Source of the DNA: Chitinophagales bacterium
GTDB lineage: Bacteria; Bacteroidota; Bacteroidia; Chitinophagales; UBA10324
Direction: 5' to 3'
NCBI GenBank assembly: GCA_044227805.1
Contig: JBGAWA010000004.1
Coordinates: 13,161-77,160, forward strand
DNA length: 64,000 nucleotides
The notes under the pieces are model-generated. The model saw only the letters and a program-made list of their open reading frames with translations, made no database searches and was not told the origin of the DNA. A program made the translations under genes and the position numbers. Below, one piece after another: positions 1-9,371 of this stretch. Positions within the stretch are counted from its first letter, which is position 1; the number at the start of each line of letters is the position of its first letter.

Positions 1-363
1 GAAGAAGCAGTGCAATTTGTAGGATGGGTCTCCGGAGAAACAAATGCAGCGTGGTACCGCAAAGCAAAAATTTTTGCAAGTTACCCGATAAGCGACGGTG
101 CGCCGGCAAGCTTATTTGAAGCGATGAGTGCAGGCTGCCTTCCTGTACTTTCGGATCTCCCTGCAAATAACGGATGGGTTACCAATCAGGTGAATGGTAT
201 TATTACTCCACAAATTTCCGCCAGGGATTTTGAATCGGCGATTCAGCTTAGCAGCAGCAGCCTACTTGCTGAAAATTATGAACTGATTGTTCAGAAGGCT
301 TCCAGGAGCGAGAGCAGAAAATTATTTTTTGATCTTTATGACCGCGTCATCGCTCATTCATGA
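1..363 (+). CDS. glycosyltransferase (GT4-type, GT-B fold), C-terminal part; 5' end outside window
   Basis: Frame is open from base 1. The motif PASLFEAMSAGCLPVLSD is the C-terminal nucleotide-sugar binding signature of GT4-like enzymes. The stop overlaps the next start (ATGA at 360-363). Confidence 0.8.
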   Translation, partial: EEAVQFVGWVSGETNAAWYRKAKIFASYPISDGAPASLFEAMSAGCLPVLSDLPANNGWVTNQVNGIITPQISARDFESAIQLSSSSLLAENYELIVQKASRSESRKLFFDLYDRVIAHS

Positions 364-1460
364 AAGCCTGTCATCTTACATCTGTTCATCCTGCTTTCGA
401 TACAAGGATATTTGTGAAGGAATGTTTATCACTTTCCAAGGCAGGCTTTCAGGTGACACTGATCGCACCGGCTGACAGGGATGAAGTAAAGAATGGAGTG
501 CATATCGTGGCAGTTAAAAAAAAGTCAACGCGCCTGCAGCGAATGATCACCACTGTCCATGATGTAGCCCTGAAAGCGGAAGATATCCATGCCGACATCT
601 ATCATATTCACGATCCCGAACTATTGCGTGTAGGATTACAGCTCCGGCGAAAAGGATTCAAAGTGATTTATGATGCACATGAAGATGTGCCACGGCAACT
701 GCTTGCAAAGCATTACCTACCGTCATTTTCACGAAAACTGATCGCTGCGGGTTTTGAAAAATATGAAAACCGGGCTGCTGCCAGGTTCGATGGCATAATC
801 ACTGTCACTCCACTGCTCGAAAAACGATTCAAAACATTAAACCCTCATACCTGGCAGGTTTGTAACTTTCCTTCACTGCAGGAATTTCCTGCTGCCGGCA
901 CAAAGTGGGAAGACCGTAAAAATGAAGTTTGCTATATCGGCAACATCACTGCCATCAGGGGCATCCGTGAAATGATAAAATCACTGGAACATTGCGATAC
1001 AAAACTGCATTTGGGAGGCGTGTTTTCCCCCACCGCTTTGCGTGATGAAGTGGCTGCCTACAAAGGCTGGACAAAAGTGTTGGAATACGGTTTTATGAAC
1101 CGTACGCAGGTGAAAGAAACATTGTCATCCTGTAAAATCGGGCTGGTACTGCTTCATCCCGCCGAGAATTATGTGGATGCTTACCCGGTTAAGCTGTTTG
1201 AGTATATGGCAGCCGGCATTCCAGTAATCGCATCCGACTTCCCATTCTGGAAAGAAATCATTGACAGGTATCAGTGCGGAATTTGCGTGGATCCGTTTAA
1301 CATCCAGGCAATTGCCAAAGCAATTACTGATCTCTTGAATAATGATCACGTTGCTCAACAAATGGGAATCAACGGGCGCAAAGCGATTGAGATGACCTTT
1401 AACTGGGAACAGGAAGAGAAGAAGCTGATCGCCATCTACCAACAGTTGATGAATACATGA
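360..1460 (+). CDS. glycosyltransferase family 4
   Basis: 366-aa ORF with the C-terminal motif YPVKLFEYMAAGIPVIASDFP typical of GT4 retaining transferases. It is translationally coupled to the upstream GT. Confidence 0.85.
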   Translation: MKACHLTSVHPAFDTRIFVKECLSLSKAGFQVTLIAPADRDEVKNGVHIVAVKKKSTRLQRMITTVHDVALKAEDIHADIYHIHDPELLRVGLQLRRKGFKVIYDAHEDVPRQLLAKHYLPSFSRKLIAAGFEKYENRAAARFDGIITVTPLLEKRFKTLNPHTWQVCNFPSLQEFPAAGTKWEDRKNEVCYIGNITAIRGIREMIKSLEHCDTKLHLGGVFSPTALRDEVAAYKGWTKVLEYGFMNRTQVKETLSSCKIGLVLLHPAENYVDAYPVKLFEYMAAGIPVIASDFPFWKEIIDRYQCGICVDPFNIQAIAKAITDLLNNDHVAQQMGINGRKAIEMTFNWEQEEKKLIAIYQQLMNT

Positions 1461-1672
1461 AACTAATAATAGTTCAAAAAAAGCAATGAGGGTTTGTGTA
1501 GTATTGAATTGAAACGAGCTGTTTAACAGCTTACTTATTGAAAAATTTTAATGCTCCTTAAGCCATGAACAGTCAAGGTGAAGCGGAATTTTCACTTCCG
1601 TTTCATTGATCTACCAGGAAATAATTAAATAGAAACAGCCATTGTAAGTTTCACGCAACCCAATCCGGGAAA

Positions 1673-2659
1673 ATGAAAAAAGTCAGCGTGGTAATACCGT
1701 GCCGGAATGAAAAGGATTTTATTGAAGCGTGTGTTCAGTCTATCGTAAACGGATCGTATCCGGCAGCACTGCTCCAGATCATTGTATGTGATGGATTAAG
1801 TGAAGATGGTACAACGCATATCCTGCAAAAACTGCAAGCAGAAATCCCCATGTTGGAAATTGTGGTGAATGAAAAAAAAATCACGCCGGTAGCCCGCAAC
1901 CTGGGCATTCAGCGGGCAACAGGGGATTACATCCTCATCTTTGATGCACATGCAACCATGGAACCTGGTTACATCCTGAAAAATGCCACCCTTCTTGATC
2001 AGCAACCGGAAGTGTGGTGCAGTGGCGGGATATGGAAGAATTGCTACACTAATGAGCTCTCAAAAAATATCGCCAGGGCCATGTCTTCACCATTCGGTGT
2101 TGGCAATGCCAGCTTCAGGACCGGTCTGCAGAGCGGATATACGGATACCGTTGGCATGCCTATGTACCGTAGTTCCACCTTTCAATCCATCGGGCTTTTT
2201 GATGAAGCACTGATCCGCAACCAGGATGATGAATTTAATTACCGTGTTACGAAGGCCGGTGGCCGCATCTGGCTGACCACGGAAACCTGGTCGAACTATT
2301 ATGTTCGCCCAAGTTGGAAAAAACTTTTCAGCCAGTATTATCAATACGGCTACTGGAAAGTCTATGTAAATAAAAAACATAAAACTGTCACTACCCTGCG
2401 ACAACTGGTGCCGGTCATCTTCACACTTTTCCTGATAACCGGCATCATCCTGTCCGTCATTCAAGGCAGGCTCAATGAACCTTTCCTGTTTACTTTATTG
2501 CTATATACCGCCGTGGGACTGGGCTCAGCATTGAAATTCAGTTCACTCCCCAAAGACGTTCTGCAGATTCTGACCTCCTTCTTCATTTTGCATTTTTCAT
2601 ACGGATGCGGTTACGCCAAGGGCATCATTGATTTTATAATACGCGGCAAACAACTTTAA
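1673..2659 (+). CDS. glycosyltransferase family 2 with C-terminal membrane segments
   Basis: 328-aa ORF. The N-terminus VSVVIPCRNE and the motifs DGLSEDGT and IFDAH fit the GT-A fold. The C-terminus is hydrophobic (VPVIFTLFLITGIILSVI and following). Confidence 0.85.
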   Translation: MKKVSVVIPCRNEKDFIEACVQSIVNGSYPAALLQIIVCDGLSEDGTTHILQKLQAEIPMLEIVVNEKKITPVARNLGIQRATGDYILIFDAHATMEPGYILKNATLLDQQPEVWCSGGIWKNCYTNELSKNIARAMSSPFGVGNASFRTGLQSGYTDTVGMPMYRSSTFQSIGLFDEALIRNQDDEFNYRVTKAGGRIWLTTETWSNYYVRPSWKKLFSQYYQYGYWKVYVNKKHKTVTTLRQLVPVIFTLFLITGIILSVIQGRLNEPFLFTLLLYTAVGLGSALKFSSLPKDVLQILTSFFILHFSYGCGYAKGIIDFIIRGKQL

Positions 2660-2791
2660 CAGGAGGATGTTGTTGTATGGTTAATGTTATTTTTGCAGCT
2701 GGCGGTTTTTCTTTTCAGCAAAGAGCAGGTCAAGCGTTAACAAGCCAACAGATCGAAAGCAGATTCATCCAATCAACTACCCAGACTCCAA

Positions 2792-4012
2792 GTGATACCG
2801 TTTTCTCCACCATATATCAGCGATAGTGTCATTAATGAAGTAGTTGATACGCTAAGATCAGGATGGATCACCACAGGACCCAGGACAAAGCAACTCGAAA
2901 GAGAGCTGGCTGCTTATGTAGATGCCAGACAAGTGTTGTGTGTTAATTCAGCAACGGCAGGACTTGAACTGATGCTTCGCTGGTTTGGTGTGAAGGAGGG
3001 TGATGAAGTGATACTACCCGCCTACACGTATTCAGCCACCGCCAATGTGGTGATTCATTGTGGTGCCAAACCGGTCCTCGTTGATGTTAATGCTGATGAC
3101 TTCAATATTTCCGTGCAGCATATACGTGCCGCCATCAGCGGGCGCACGAAGGTCATTATGCCGGTGGATATCGGAGGCTTACCCTGTGACTATGATGCCA
3201 TCAACAGCCTGGTAAGTGAAGATCGTTTCGTTCATCTTTTCGCTCCTTCTACTGCCGAACAACAAACCCTTGGCAGAATACTGGTGCTGGCTGATGCAGC
3301 GCATTCAATCGGAGCCACTTACCGGGGAAAAAAAACCGGCGCACTCACAGATGCAACTGTATTCTCCTTTCATGCAGTTAAAAATCTTACTACTGCGGAA
3401 GGTGGAGCGGTGTGCCTGAATCTGCCTTCGCCTTTCGATAACGATGCGGTTTACCGGCAACTGAATACTAAATCACTTCATGGACAGAATAAAGATGCAT
3501 TGGAGAAGGCACAAAAGGGAGGTTGGGAATATGACATTGTAGAAGCAGGCATGAAGTGCAACATGCCTGATGTGCTGGCAGCCATCGGCCTGGCATCGCT
3601 TCGCGAGTACGAATCAGTTCAACTGCCAAAAAGAAAACAGGTTATTGCACAATACCAGGCCGCGTTTAGTAAAATGAAATGGGCAGAAGTGCCAGAAACA
3701 CATTCAATGCTAAGGGAATCATCGTACCATCTTTTCATGTTGAGGATTCATGGTATTGACGAACAAAGAAGGAATGCTGTGATCCGTAAGATTTTTGATC
3801 AGGATGTAGCCGTGAATGTGCACTTTAAACCTTTGCCTTTGCTTACCTACTATAAACAGCTTGGTTACAACATAGTTGACTATCCTGTCGCCTATGACAA
3901 TTACGCCCGTGAAATTTCACTGCCCGTGTATGTTGACCTGACAAAAGAACAAATACTGATGGTGGCATCTACCGTTTCTAAATGTGTACAGGAAGTGTTG
4001 GAAACCGGTTAA
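2792..4012 (+). CDS. DegT/DnrJ/EryC1/StrS-family PLP-dependent sugar aminotransferase
   Basis: 406-aa ORF with a GTG start. The N-terminal IPFSPPYI...LRSGWITTGP and the internal FSFHAVKNLTTAEGG (PLP-lysine region) are family hallmarks. Confidence 0.85.
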   Translation: MIPFSPPYISDSVINEVVDTLRSGWITTGPRTKQLERELAAYVDARQVLCVNSATAGLELMLRWFGVKEGDEVILPAYTYSATANVVIHCGAKPVLVDVNADDFNISVQHIRAAISGRTKVIMPVDIGGLPCDYDAINSLVSEDRFVHLFAPSTAEQQTLGRILVLADAAHSIGATYRGKKTGALTDATVFSFHAVKNLTTAEGGAVCLNLPSPFDNDAVYRQLNTKSLHGQNKDALEKAQKGGWEYDIVEAGMKCNMPDVLAAIGLASLREYESVQLPKRKQVIAQYQAAFSKMKWAEVPETHSMLRESSYHLFMLRIHGIDEQRRNAVIRKIFDQDVAVNVHFKPLPLLTYYKQLGYNIVDYPVAYDNYAREISLPVYVDLTKEQILMVASTVSKCVQEVLETG

Positions 4013-4065
4013 GCAGGCTGCGGTCATTGAATTAACAAATACTATGTTTCGATCATGGAATAACT

Positions 4066-4665
4066 ATGTACCTGCTGACCAAAAGAATAATTGATATATC
4101 GTTGGCCTGCGCAGCACTTATTTTGTTGTCTCCTGTTTTCCTGCTCATTGCTATAGCAGTTAAAGCAGATTCAAGCGGCCCTGTCTTCTACCTGCAAAAG
4201 AGAGTGGGATTAAACGGGAGAATTTTCGACATCATAAAATTCAGGACAATGCATACCGGTGCTGACCGGCAAGGGTTGCTGACAGTAGGTACTCACGATC
4301 ATCGCATAACGAGCATCGGAAAATTCCTGAGGCGGTATAAGATGGATGAATTACCACAACTGATAAATGTGTTGATCGGCAATATGAGCCTTGTTGGGCC
4401 GCGTCCGGAAGTTGAAAAGTATGTTAACCTGTATGATGCAGAGCAGCGTAAGGTATTGCTTGCGAAGCCGGGCATTACAGACCCTGTTTCCATCGCCTAT
4501 TTTGATGAAAATGAGCTGCTTTCCGGTTATGATAACGCAGAAGATGGCTATATCAAAGAAGTTATGCCAGAAAAGCTTCGGATGAACCTCGAATATCTCC
4601 GGCAACGAAGCACAGCCTCCGACCTCGCCATCCTGATCAAGACCGTAGCCCGCATATTCTCCTAG
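4066..4665 (+). CDS. small bacterial sugar transferase (polyprenyl-phosphate sugar-1-phosphate transferase, PglC/WcfS-like)
   Basis: 199 aa with one N-terminal re-entrant or TM helix. Motifs present: [15 protein letters not shown] and [10 protein letters not shown]. Confidence 0.85.
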   Translation: MYLLTKRIIDISLACAALILLSPVFLLIAIAVKADSSGPVFYLQKRVGLNGRIFDIIKFRTMHTGADRQGLLTVGTHDHRITSIGKFLRRYKMDELPQLINVLIGNMSLVGPRPEVEKYVNLYDAEQRKVLLAKPGITDPVSIAYFDENELLSGYDNAEDGYIKEVMPEKLRMNLEYLRQRSTASDLAILIKTVARIFS

Positions 4666-4732
4666 CTGACAGTTGCCAGTTGTAATGACAGCGGCGTGGC
4701 AATTAAAGGCTTGCACCGTAGTTTGGTTCAGC

Positions 4733-4770
4733 TTGACCCGGATATTTCCATTGAAAAATCCGGGTTTAAA
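4733..4770 (-). repeat. hairpin-only mini copy of the dispersed intergenic repeat family
   Basis: TTGACCCGGATATTTCCATTGAAAAATCCGGGTTTAAA equals hairpin 1 plus the GGGTTTAA terminus of the 162-nt element (compare 6262-6298). Orientation is inferred only from the loop sequence. Confidence 0.5.
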
Positions 4771-4878
4771 TACCCTATCAGCAATTATATAATTAACTTC
4801 GTGCATCGAAAGTTGTGGTCAATCGTTCGGTTTTGCGACTGCCACCCATCTTTTCTAACCAGAATCGGCGTACCTTAT

Positions 4879-5311
4879 ATGAATAAAGAACAGCTACTAA
4901 AGAAACTTCGGCTTGAAGGAGATCAGGCAGTTTTAATCGTGAATGCGCCTAAAGAATACCTGACCATGTTTGGTGCAAAAATACAGCACGAAACCGCTGA
5001 AATCAGATGAAGGAAAATATGATTTTGTACAGTTGTTCTCCTCTTCCCAGGCTCAACTCGAAAAGCTCGTGTTGCAATGTTCCAAAGCCGGTAAATACAA
5101 TTGCATCTTCTGGGCCTGTTATCCTAAAGGTGGTGGCATGATTAAAACGGACATTCGCCGCGACTCCGTGTGGACAGCGCTCGAGAAGGCCGGACTGCAT
5201 CCTGTCTCACAGGTGGCCATTGACGAAACCTGGAGTGCATTGCGAGGAAGGCCGCCTGAAATGGTGGGTAAAAGTGAAGAAGCAGACGCCGAAGCTGATA
5301 CCGGCGCCTGA
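4879..5311 (+). pseudogene. DUF3052-like protein with an interrupted reading frame
   Basis: The N-terminal part (MNKEQLLKKLRLEGDQAVLIVNAPKEYLTMFG...) stops at 5010 in frame 1. The remainder (DEGKYDFVQLF...IFWACYPKGG...DIRRDSVW...IDETWSALRGR) continues in frame 2 to 5311. Together the two pieces fit the DUF3052 pattern as I recall it. Confidence 0.55.
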
Positions 5312-5434
5312 AACAACGCAGCCGGCTAATATCATCAGCAACAGCGGATGATTCTTCCCGAGAATAACATACTACATATTTGCATACGGCAATTGCCAGC
5401 CTGCATCAACTGTTTAATTCCTAAATCCCACGGC

Positions 5435-6025
5435 ATGTTCCATCGCACTGTTCCCGCTCTCCTGCTGTGTTTAAGTTTGTTATTTTTCTCGTGTAAAGAG
5501 TATGTAACCGGAAATGGCAACATCCTTACGGATGAGCGTACCGTTGATAAATTTAATAAGGTTGATTTGCTCGGGTCTTCCAATGCTGAAATCATACAGG
5601 GAAGTGAATTCAGGGTTTCCATCAAAAGTTATGAGAACATAGTTCCATTGGTAAAAACGACCGTGTCAGATGGAAAACTTACCGTTTCTACCATCAAAAA
5701 CATCAACCTTGCCAACACCACTGTGGAAGTGCAGATTACCTGCCCAACTCTGCAGGAAGTTACCTTGTCAGGGGCAGGCAACATGGTCATCAGTTCCTTT
5801 CATCAGCCAAATATGAAAGTCAGTCTGAATGGTGCCGGCAATGCAAAATTCTCAGACAGCGAATGCGATACTGTTTATGCAACACTATCCGGTGCAGGCA
5901 ATATGCATGTAAAGGCAAAAAGTTACCTGGAAGCAACACTCAATGGAGTGGGCAATATCGAATACGCAGGGGATCCGGTTGTTCAATCCAAAATTTCCGG
6001 TGTTGGTAATGTGACTAAGAAGTAG
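5435..6025 (+). CDS. DUF2807 (GIN-domain, putative auto-transporter adhesin head) lipoprotein
   Basis: Lipobox LLFFSC follows the ATG at 5435. The repeated SGAGN/NGAGN/NGVGN beta-strand motifs are typical of DUF2807. The upstream extension to 5348 lacks signal-peptide logic. Confidence 0.75.
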   Translation: MFHRTVPALLLCLSLLFFSCKEYVTGNGNILTDERTVDKFNKVDLLGSSNAEIIQGSEFRVSIKSYENIVPLVKTTVSDGKLTVSTIKNINLANTTVEVQITCPTLQEVTLSGAGNMVISSFHQPNMKVSLNGAGNAKFSDSECDTVYATLSGAGNMHVKAKSYLEATLNGVGNIEYAGDPVVQSKISGVGNVTKK

Positions 6026-6136
6026 CCAGCGGTATTACCGGCTGCAAATAACTCGTATCAATAACGGTTTTATTCAAGAGTACTATTTCAGCCTGCCACT
6101 TGTGCTTTTTCGTGGCTTTTATAATGCCTATCTCAA

Positions 6137-6298
6137 TTAAACCCACGTTTTGTGGTTCAAAACGGCAACGGGTTTAACCCCGACGTAGAACTGCCTAGGG
6201 TTTGTGAAACATTTTCTTTTCTTGACAAATTGAGCAAACCCTTAGCAGTTCTTAGTCGCAGCGAAGCGGGATTTTTCCACTGAAAAATCCGGGTTAAA
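6137..6298 (-). repeat. full-length (162 nt) copy A of the dispersed structured intergenic repeat
   Basis: Reverse complement aligns end to end with 44602-44763 at the same length, with about ten substitutions by eye. It begins 39 nt after the stop of the co-oriented response-regulator gene. Confidence 0.85.
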
Positions 6299-6336
6299 CG
6301 ATTCAGACTTAATAATTTCCTGCAGTTAAAACTGGT

Positions 6337-7083
6337 TCAAGACGGTGACTTCACCGTCAGTTTAAACCCCACTCCATGATGATTTTCAATTTCAACGTCA
6401 CTGTCTGCCGCGAGGTACTTGCGCAGCTTTGAAATGAAGACATCGAGTGAGCGGCCAAGAAAATAATCGTCACTGCCCCACACTTTCATCAGCAACTCAT
6501 CACGCCGGATCACATTGTGCATGTTACAGCATAAAGCATATAAGATCTCCGCTTCCTTTTCTGTCAGTTTTCGCTTCTCTTCTTTCGCTCCGTTTTCCGG
6601 ACGCGGCTTCCCCTGAGTGGGCTTTTTGCCGGGAATGCTCAGCTCGAAGTTTGTATAGTCAAACAAAATAGACCCAAGCTGAAAGGTTTTTTGTTTCGAA
6701 TGATTGGCCCTGCTCCGCTTCAGGAAAACTTCCATGCGCAGCACCAACTCTTCAATGTTGAATGGCTTGGTGATAAAATCATCGCCGCCAGACTTAAATC
6801 CTTTAATTCGGTCCTCTTTTGCCGACTTGGAAGTGAGAAATAAGATCGGCAGACTGTCTTCCGTCTTCCTGATTTCTTCAGCCACCGCGTAACCGTCCTT
6901 CTTCGGCATCATCACATCCAGAATACACAGATCAAATTTGCTTTTTTTGAATGTATTGATCGCGGCCTGTCCGTCATCACACAGCGTAACCTGATAGCCG
7001 GAGATGGACAGGTAATCACGTATAACGGAAGCGAGGCTCCTGTCATCTTCCACTAATAGTATCCTGGCTTTTTCTGCCTGCAT
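6337..7083 (-). CDS. OmpR/PhoB-type response regulator (receiver plus winged-helix DNA-binding domain)
   Basis: Receiver residues are present (LLVEDD, ILDVMMPKKDG, ITKPF). The C-terminus LTEKEAEILYAL...VWG...SLDVFISKLRKYL is winged-helix-like. Confidence 0.9.
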   Translation of the reverse strand: MQAEKARILLVEDDRSLASVIRDYLSISGYQVTLCDDGQAAINTFKKSKFDLCILDVMMPKKDGYAVAEEIRKTEDSLPILFLTSKSAKEDRIKGFKSGGDDFITKPFNIEELVLRMEVFLKRSRANHSKQKTFQLGSILFDYTNFELSIPGKKPTQGKPRPENGAKEEKRKLTEKEAEILYALCCNMHNVIRRDELLMKVWGSDDYFLGRSLDVFISKLRKYLAADSDVEIENHHGVGFKLTVKSPS

Positions 7084-7092
7084 ATCAGCTTT

Positions 7093-8358
7093 TTATTTTT
7101 GAGGAAAAGTTAGCGTGATGGTAGTTCCGCGTCCAGGCTCGCTTTGCAAAGCGATTTTACCATGGTGGTCCTTCACGACATGCTGCACGTAATAGAGTCC
7201 GAGTCCAAATCCCTTTACATCATGCACATCGCCGGTGGATATACGAAAGAAACGATCGAAGATACGGCGCACATATTTCTCCGGTATGCCAATGCCGTTG
7301 TCGGCCACAGTGACCAGGATCCCATTACCTGCATTTTTTGTACTCAAAATAATTTCCGGCGCCTTTGTACAATACTTAACGGCATTGTCTAAGAGGTTAA
7401 AAAATGTATTGGTGATATGCATTCGGTCACCTTGTACCACCGCGTTATCGGCCTGGAAATTTTTTACCACCCTTCCACCTCTGTCGGTAATTATCTGCTC
7501 CACACTGATGATGGCCTCCTGCAGGCACTCATGAATATCAACGGATTCCATTTTGTATTTCATCTTCCTTTGATCCCATACTGCCACCTGTAACACACGC
7601 TCCACCTGGCTTTTAAGCCGTAATGCCTCCTGTTGTATGAGGTTTGAATAGCGTTCAATGGCGCCCGGCTGTTCAGCAATCTCCGGCCTGTTCAGTAACC
7701 TGGAGGTGACCAATATAGTAGAGACTGGTGTCTTGAACTCATGGGTCATGTTGTTCACAAAATCCTTCTGCACCTCCGACAACTGCTTCTGCCTGAAAAT
7801 AGCGATGAGTGCGAAAGCAAAAAATATCACAACGACGAGCAACACCAATGATGAAAACAACCAGATATTCATCGAATCGATCAGGTGGTTCGACTTATCA
7901 GGGAAATTGACAGAAAAATAATAGAGATCATTTTTCCATTGCGGCAATTCCCTCGGCGCACGATGCTTTTCATCTTCACTGAAGGAGACATAGTTGCCAT
8001 ACACAAGCTTCTGATGGTTACAGTCGTACACGCCATATTCGAAGTCGCTGTTTAACCCACGCGACTTAAACTCCGCCTTCAGCAATGATTCCAGCACCTT
8101 TGTATCAATTTCACCATTGACACTCACCACGAAATAATTGCCTGACAACTGGTTCACCAGTCTCGCACTGGGAATCTGCTGATTGTTCATCTGCAACAAT
8201 TGTTCGGCCACCCGCTGCAGAGAGGTGAATACATTCTGATCAAATTCCTTTTCATGCACGTCAAAGGCTTTCCTGAACCAAAAGATCTGCAGCACGACAA
8301 TCCCTGCCATGGAGATAACGGCCAGTAACGTTATGATTTGGATAGTCCGGTTTTTCAT
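7093..8358 (-). CDS. sensor histidine kinase (two TM segments, HisKA plus HATPase_c)
   Basis: H-box MTHEFKTPVSTI, N-box LLDNAVKY, G-boxes DNGIGI and GFGLGL. TM helices lie at the N-terminus and around IWLFSSLVLLVVVIFFAFALIAIF. The gene ends 9 nt upstream of the response-regulator start. Confidence 0.9.
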   Translation of the reverse strand: MKNRTIQIITLLAVISMAGIVVLQIFWFRKAFDVHEKEFDQNVFTSLQRVAEQLLQMNNQQIPSARLVNQLSGNYFVVSVNGEIDTKVLESLLKAEFKSRGLNSDFEYGVYDCNHQKLVYGNYVSFSEDEKHRAPRELPQWKNDLYYFSVNFPDKSNHLIDSMNIWLFSSLVLLVVVIFFAFALIAIFRQKQLSEVQKDFVNNMTHEFKTPVSTILVTSRLLNRPEIAEQPGAIERYSNLIQQEALRLKSQVERVLQVAVWDQRKMKYKMESVDIHECLQEAIISVEQIITDRGGRVVKNFQADNAVVQGDRMHITNTFFNLLDNAVKYCTKAPEIILSTKNAGNGILVTVADNGIGIPEKYVRRIFDRFFRISTGDVHDVKGFGLGLYYVQHVVKDHHGKIALQSEPGRGTTITLTFPQK

Positions 8359-8733
8359 GGGTGTTACAAGGCGCTTGGAAAGCCTTTGTCAATCGTACCT
8401 CTTTGTTTCCGCGTGAAATTACGGAAGATGTTTTTATTGAATCAACCGGAAACAGGTCCGGCTGTTGTTCACCAGCATCTGGCAGCGCAATTCTTAATTT
8501 GCAGGACATAGTGGTCTGTATCAAAAGCAATCTATTAAGTGGCAGATACCTTTATCTCTCCCACACAACCCTGACCTTTTGATTGACAGAGCCGCTTGCA
8601 CCGGTTACAGCACGTTAACAAAATTTTAAGAAATCTTAGATACCGGTTAACATCCGTTTGTTGATGCAGCAACTAACTTTGAATGCTGATCAACTGATAC
8701 AGTTGATGAATAAGGTATTACTTTTCCGGTAAG

Positions 8734-9162
8734 ATGAAAAAAACAACTGCTCTCCTGCTCCTTTGTTGCGCCTGTTATTTTACACAAGCACAAAATGCAA
8801 AATCAACGGCATCACCGGTAGCATGGTCCAGTGGTACGTCGCATGATTTTGGAAAAATCCTGCAAAACTCCCCGGCATCTTACTTGTTTGAATTTACCAA
8901 TGCCGGAAAAGAGCCGGTTACCATTACAAAGGTGCAACCGTCCTGCAGCTGCACCGCTCAGGACTATACGAAAGAGTCCATTTTACCCGGGAAAAAGGGA
9001 TTGATTAAGATAACATACAATGCGCGAACAGCCGGCATGTTTAATAAGACCATCACCGTTGTAACAGAGCCCGGCAGTGAGACTACCATTTTGACCATCA
9101 CCGGAGAAGTAGTGCAGAAAGCGGAAGATGTCAGCAAACCACCACACGTGGTGAAAGAATAG
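8734..9162 (+). CDS. DUF1573 domain-containing secreted protein
   Basis: Has a signal peptide (MKKTTALLLLCCACYFTQAQ). The core HDFGKI...FEFTNAGKEPVTITKVQPSCSCT matches the DUF1573 pattern. Confidence 0.8.
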   Translation: MKKTTALLLLCCACYFTQAQNAKSTASPVAWSSGTSHDFGKILQNSPASYLFEFTNAGKEPVTITKVQPSCSCTAQDYTKESILPGKKGLIKITYNARTAGMFNKTITVVTEPGSETTILTITGEVVQKAEDVSKPPHVVKE

Positions 9163-9208
9163 TTTATTTGGTTGAGAGGGTCAATTCGCATGAATTGATT
9201 CACTATTG

Positions 9209-9242
9209 CTCCGCCGGCTGGTTACCGGCGGAGATTTTTTTT
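9209..9242 (+). terminator. rho-independent terminator
   Basis: Perfect 9-bp GC-rich stem CTCCGCCGG/CCGGCGGAG with a 7-nt loop, followed by a run of 8 T. Confidence 0.8.
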
Positions 9243-9371
9243 ATGCCTGTTGCTTCACCGGAGAAATCAGGGATAAGCATTGACGTCAATAGGCTCAATG
9301 ACAATGTTGACTAAGGGTAGTGATAAACAGGATGGCTGGGGGACTGCAAAAAAATTTGCTGCGTGCTGCAG

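Noticed and set aside
5348-5434. Upstream extension of the DUF2807 ORF (listed start 5348).
   Set aside because: The 29 extra residues precede a perfect lipoprotein signal that begins at the ATG at 5435. The extension is unlikely to be translated.
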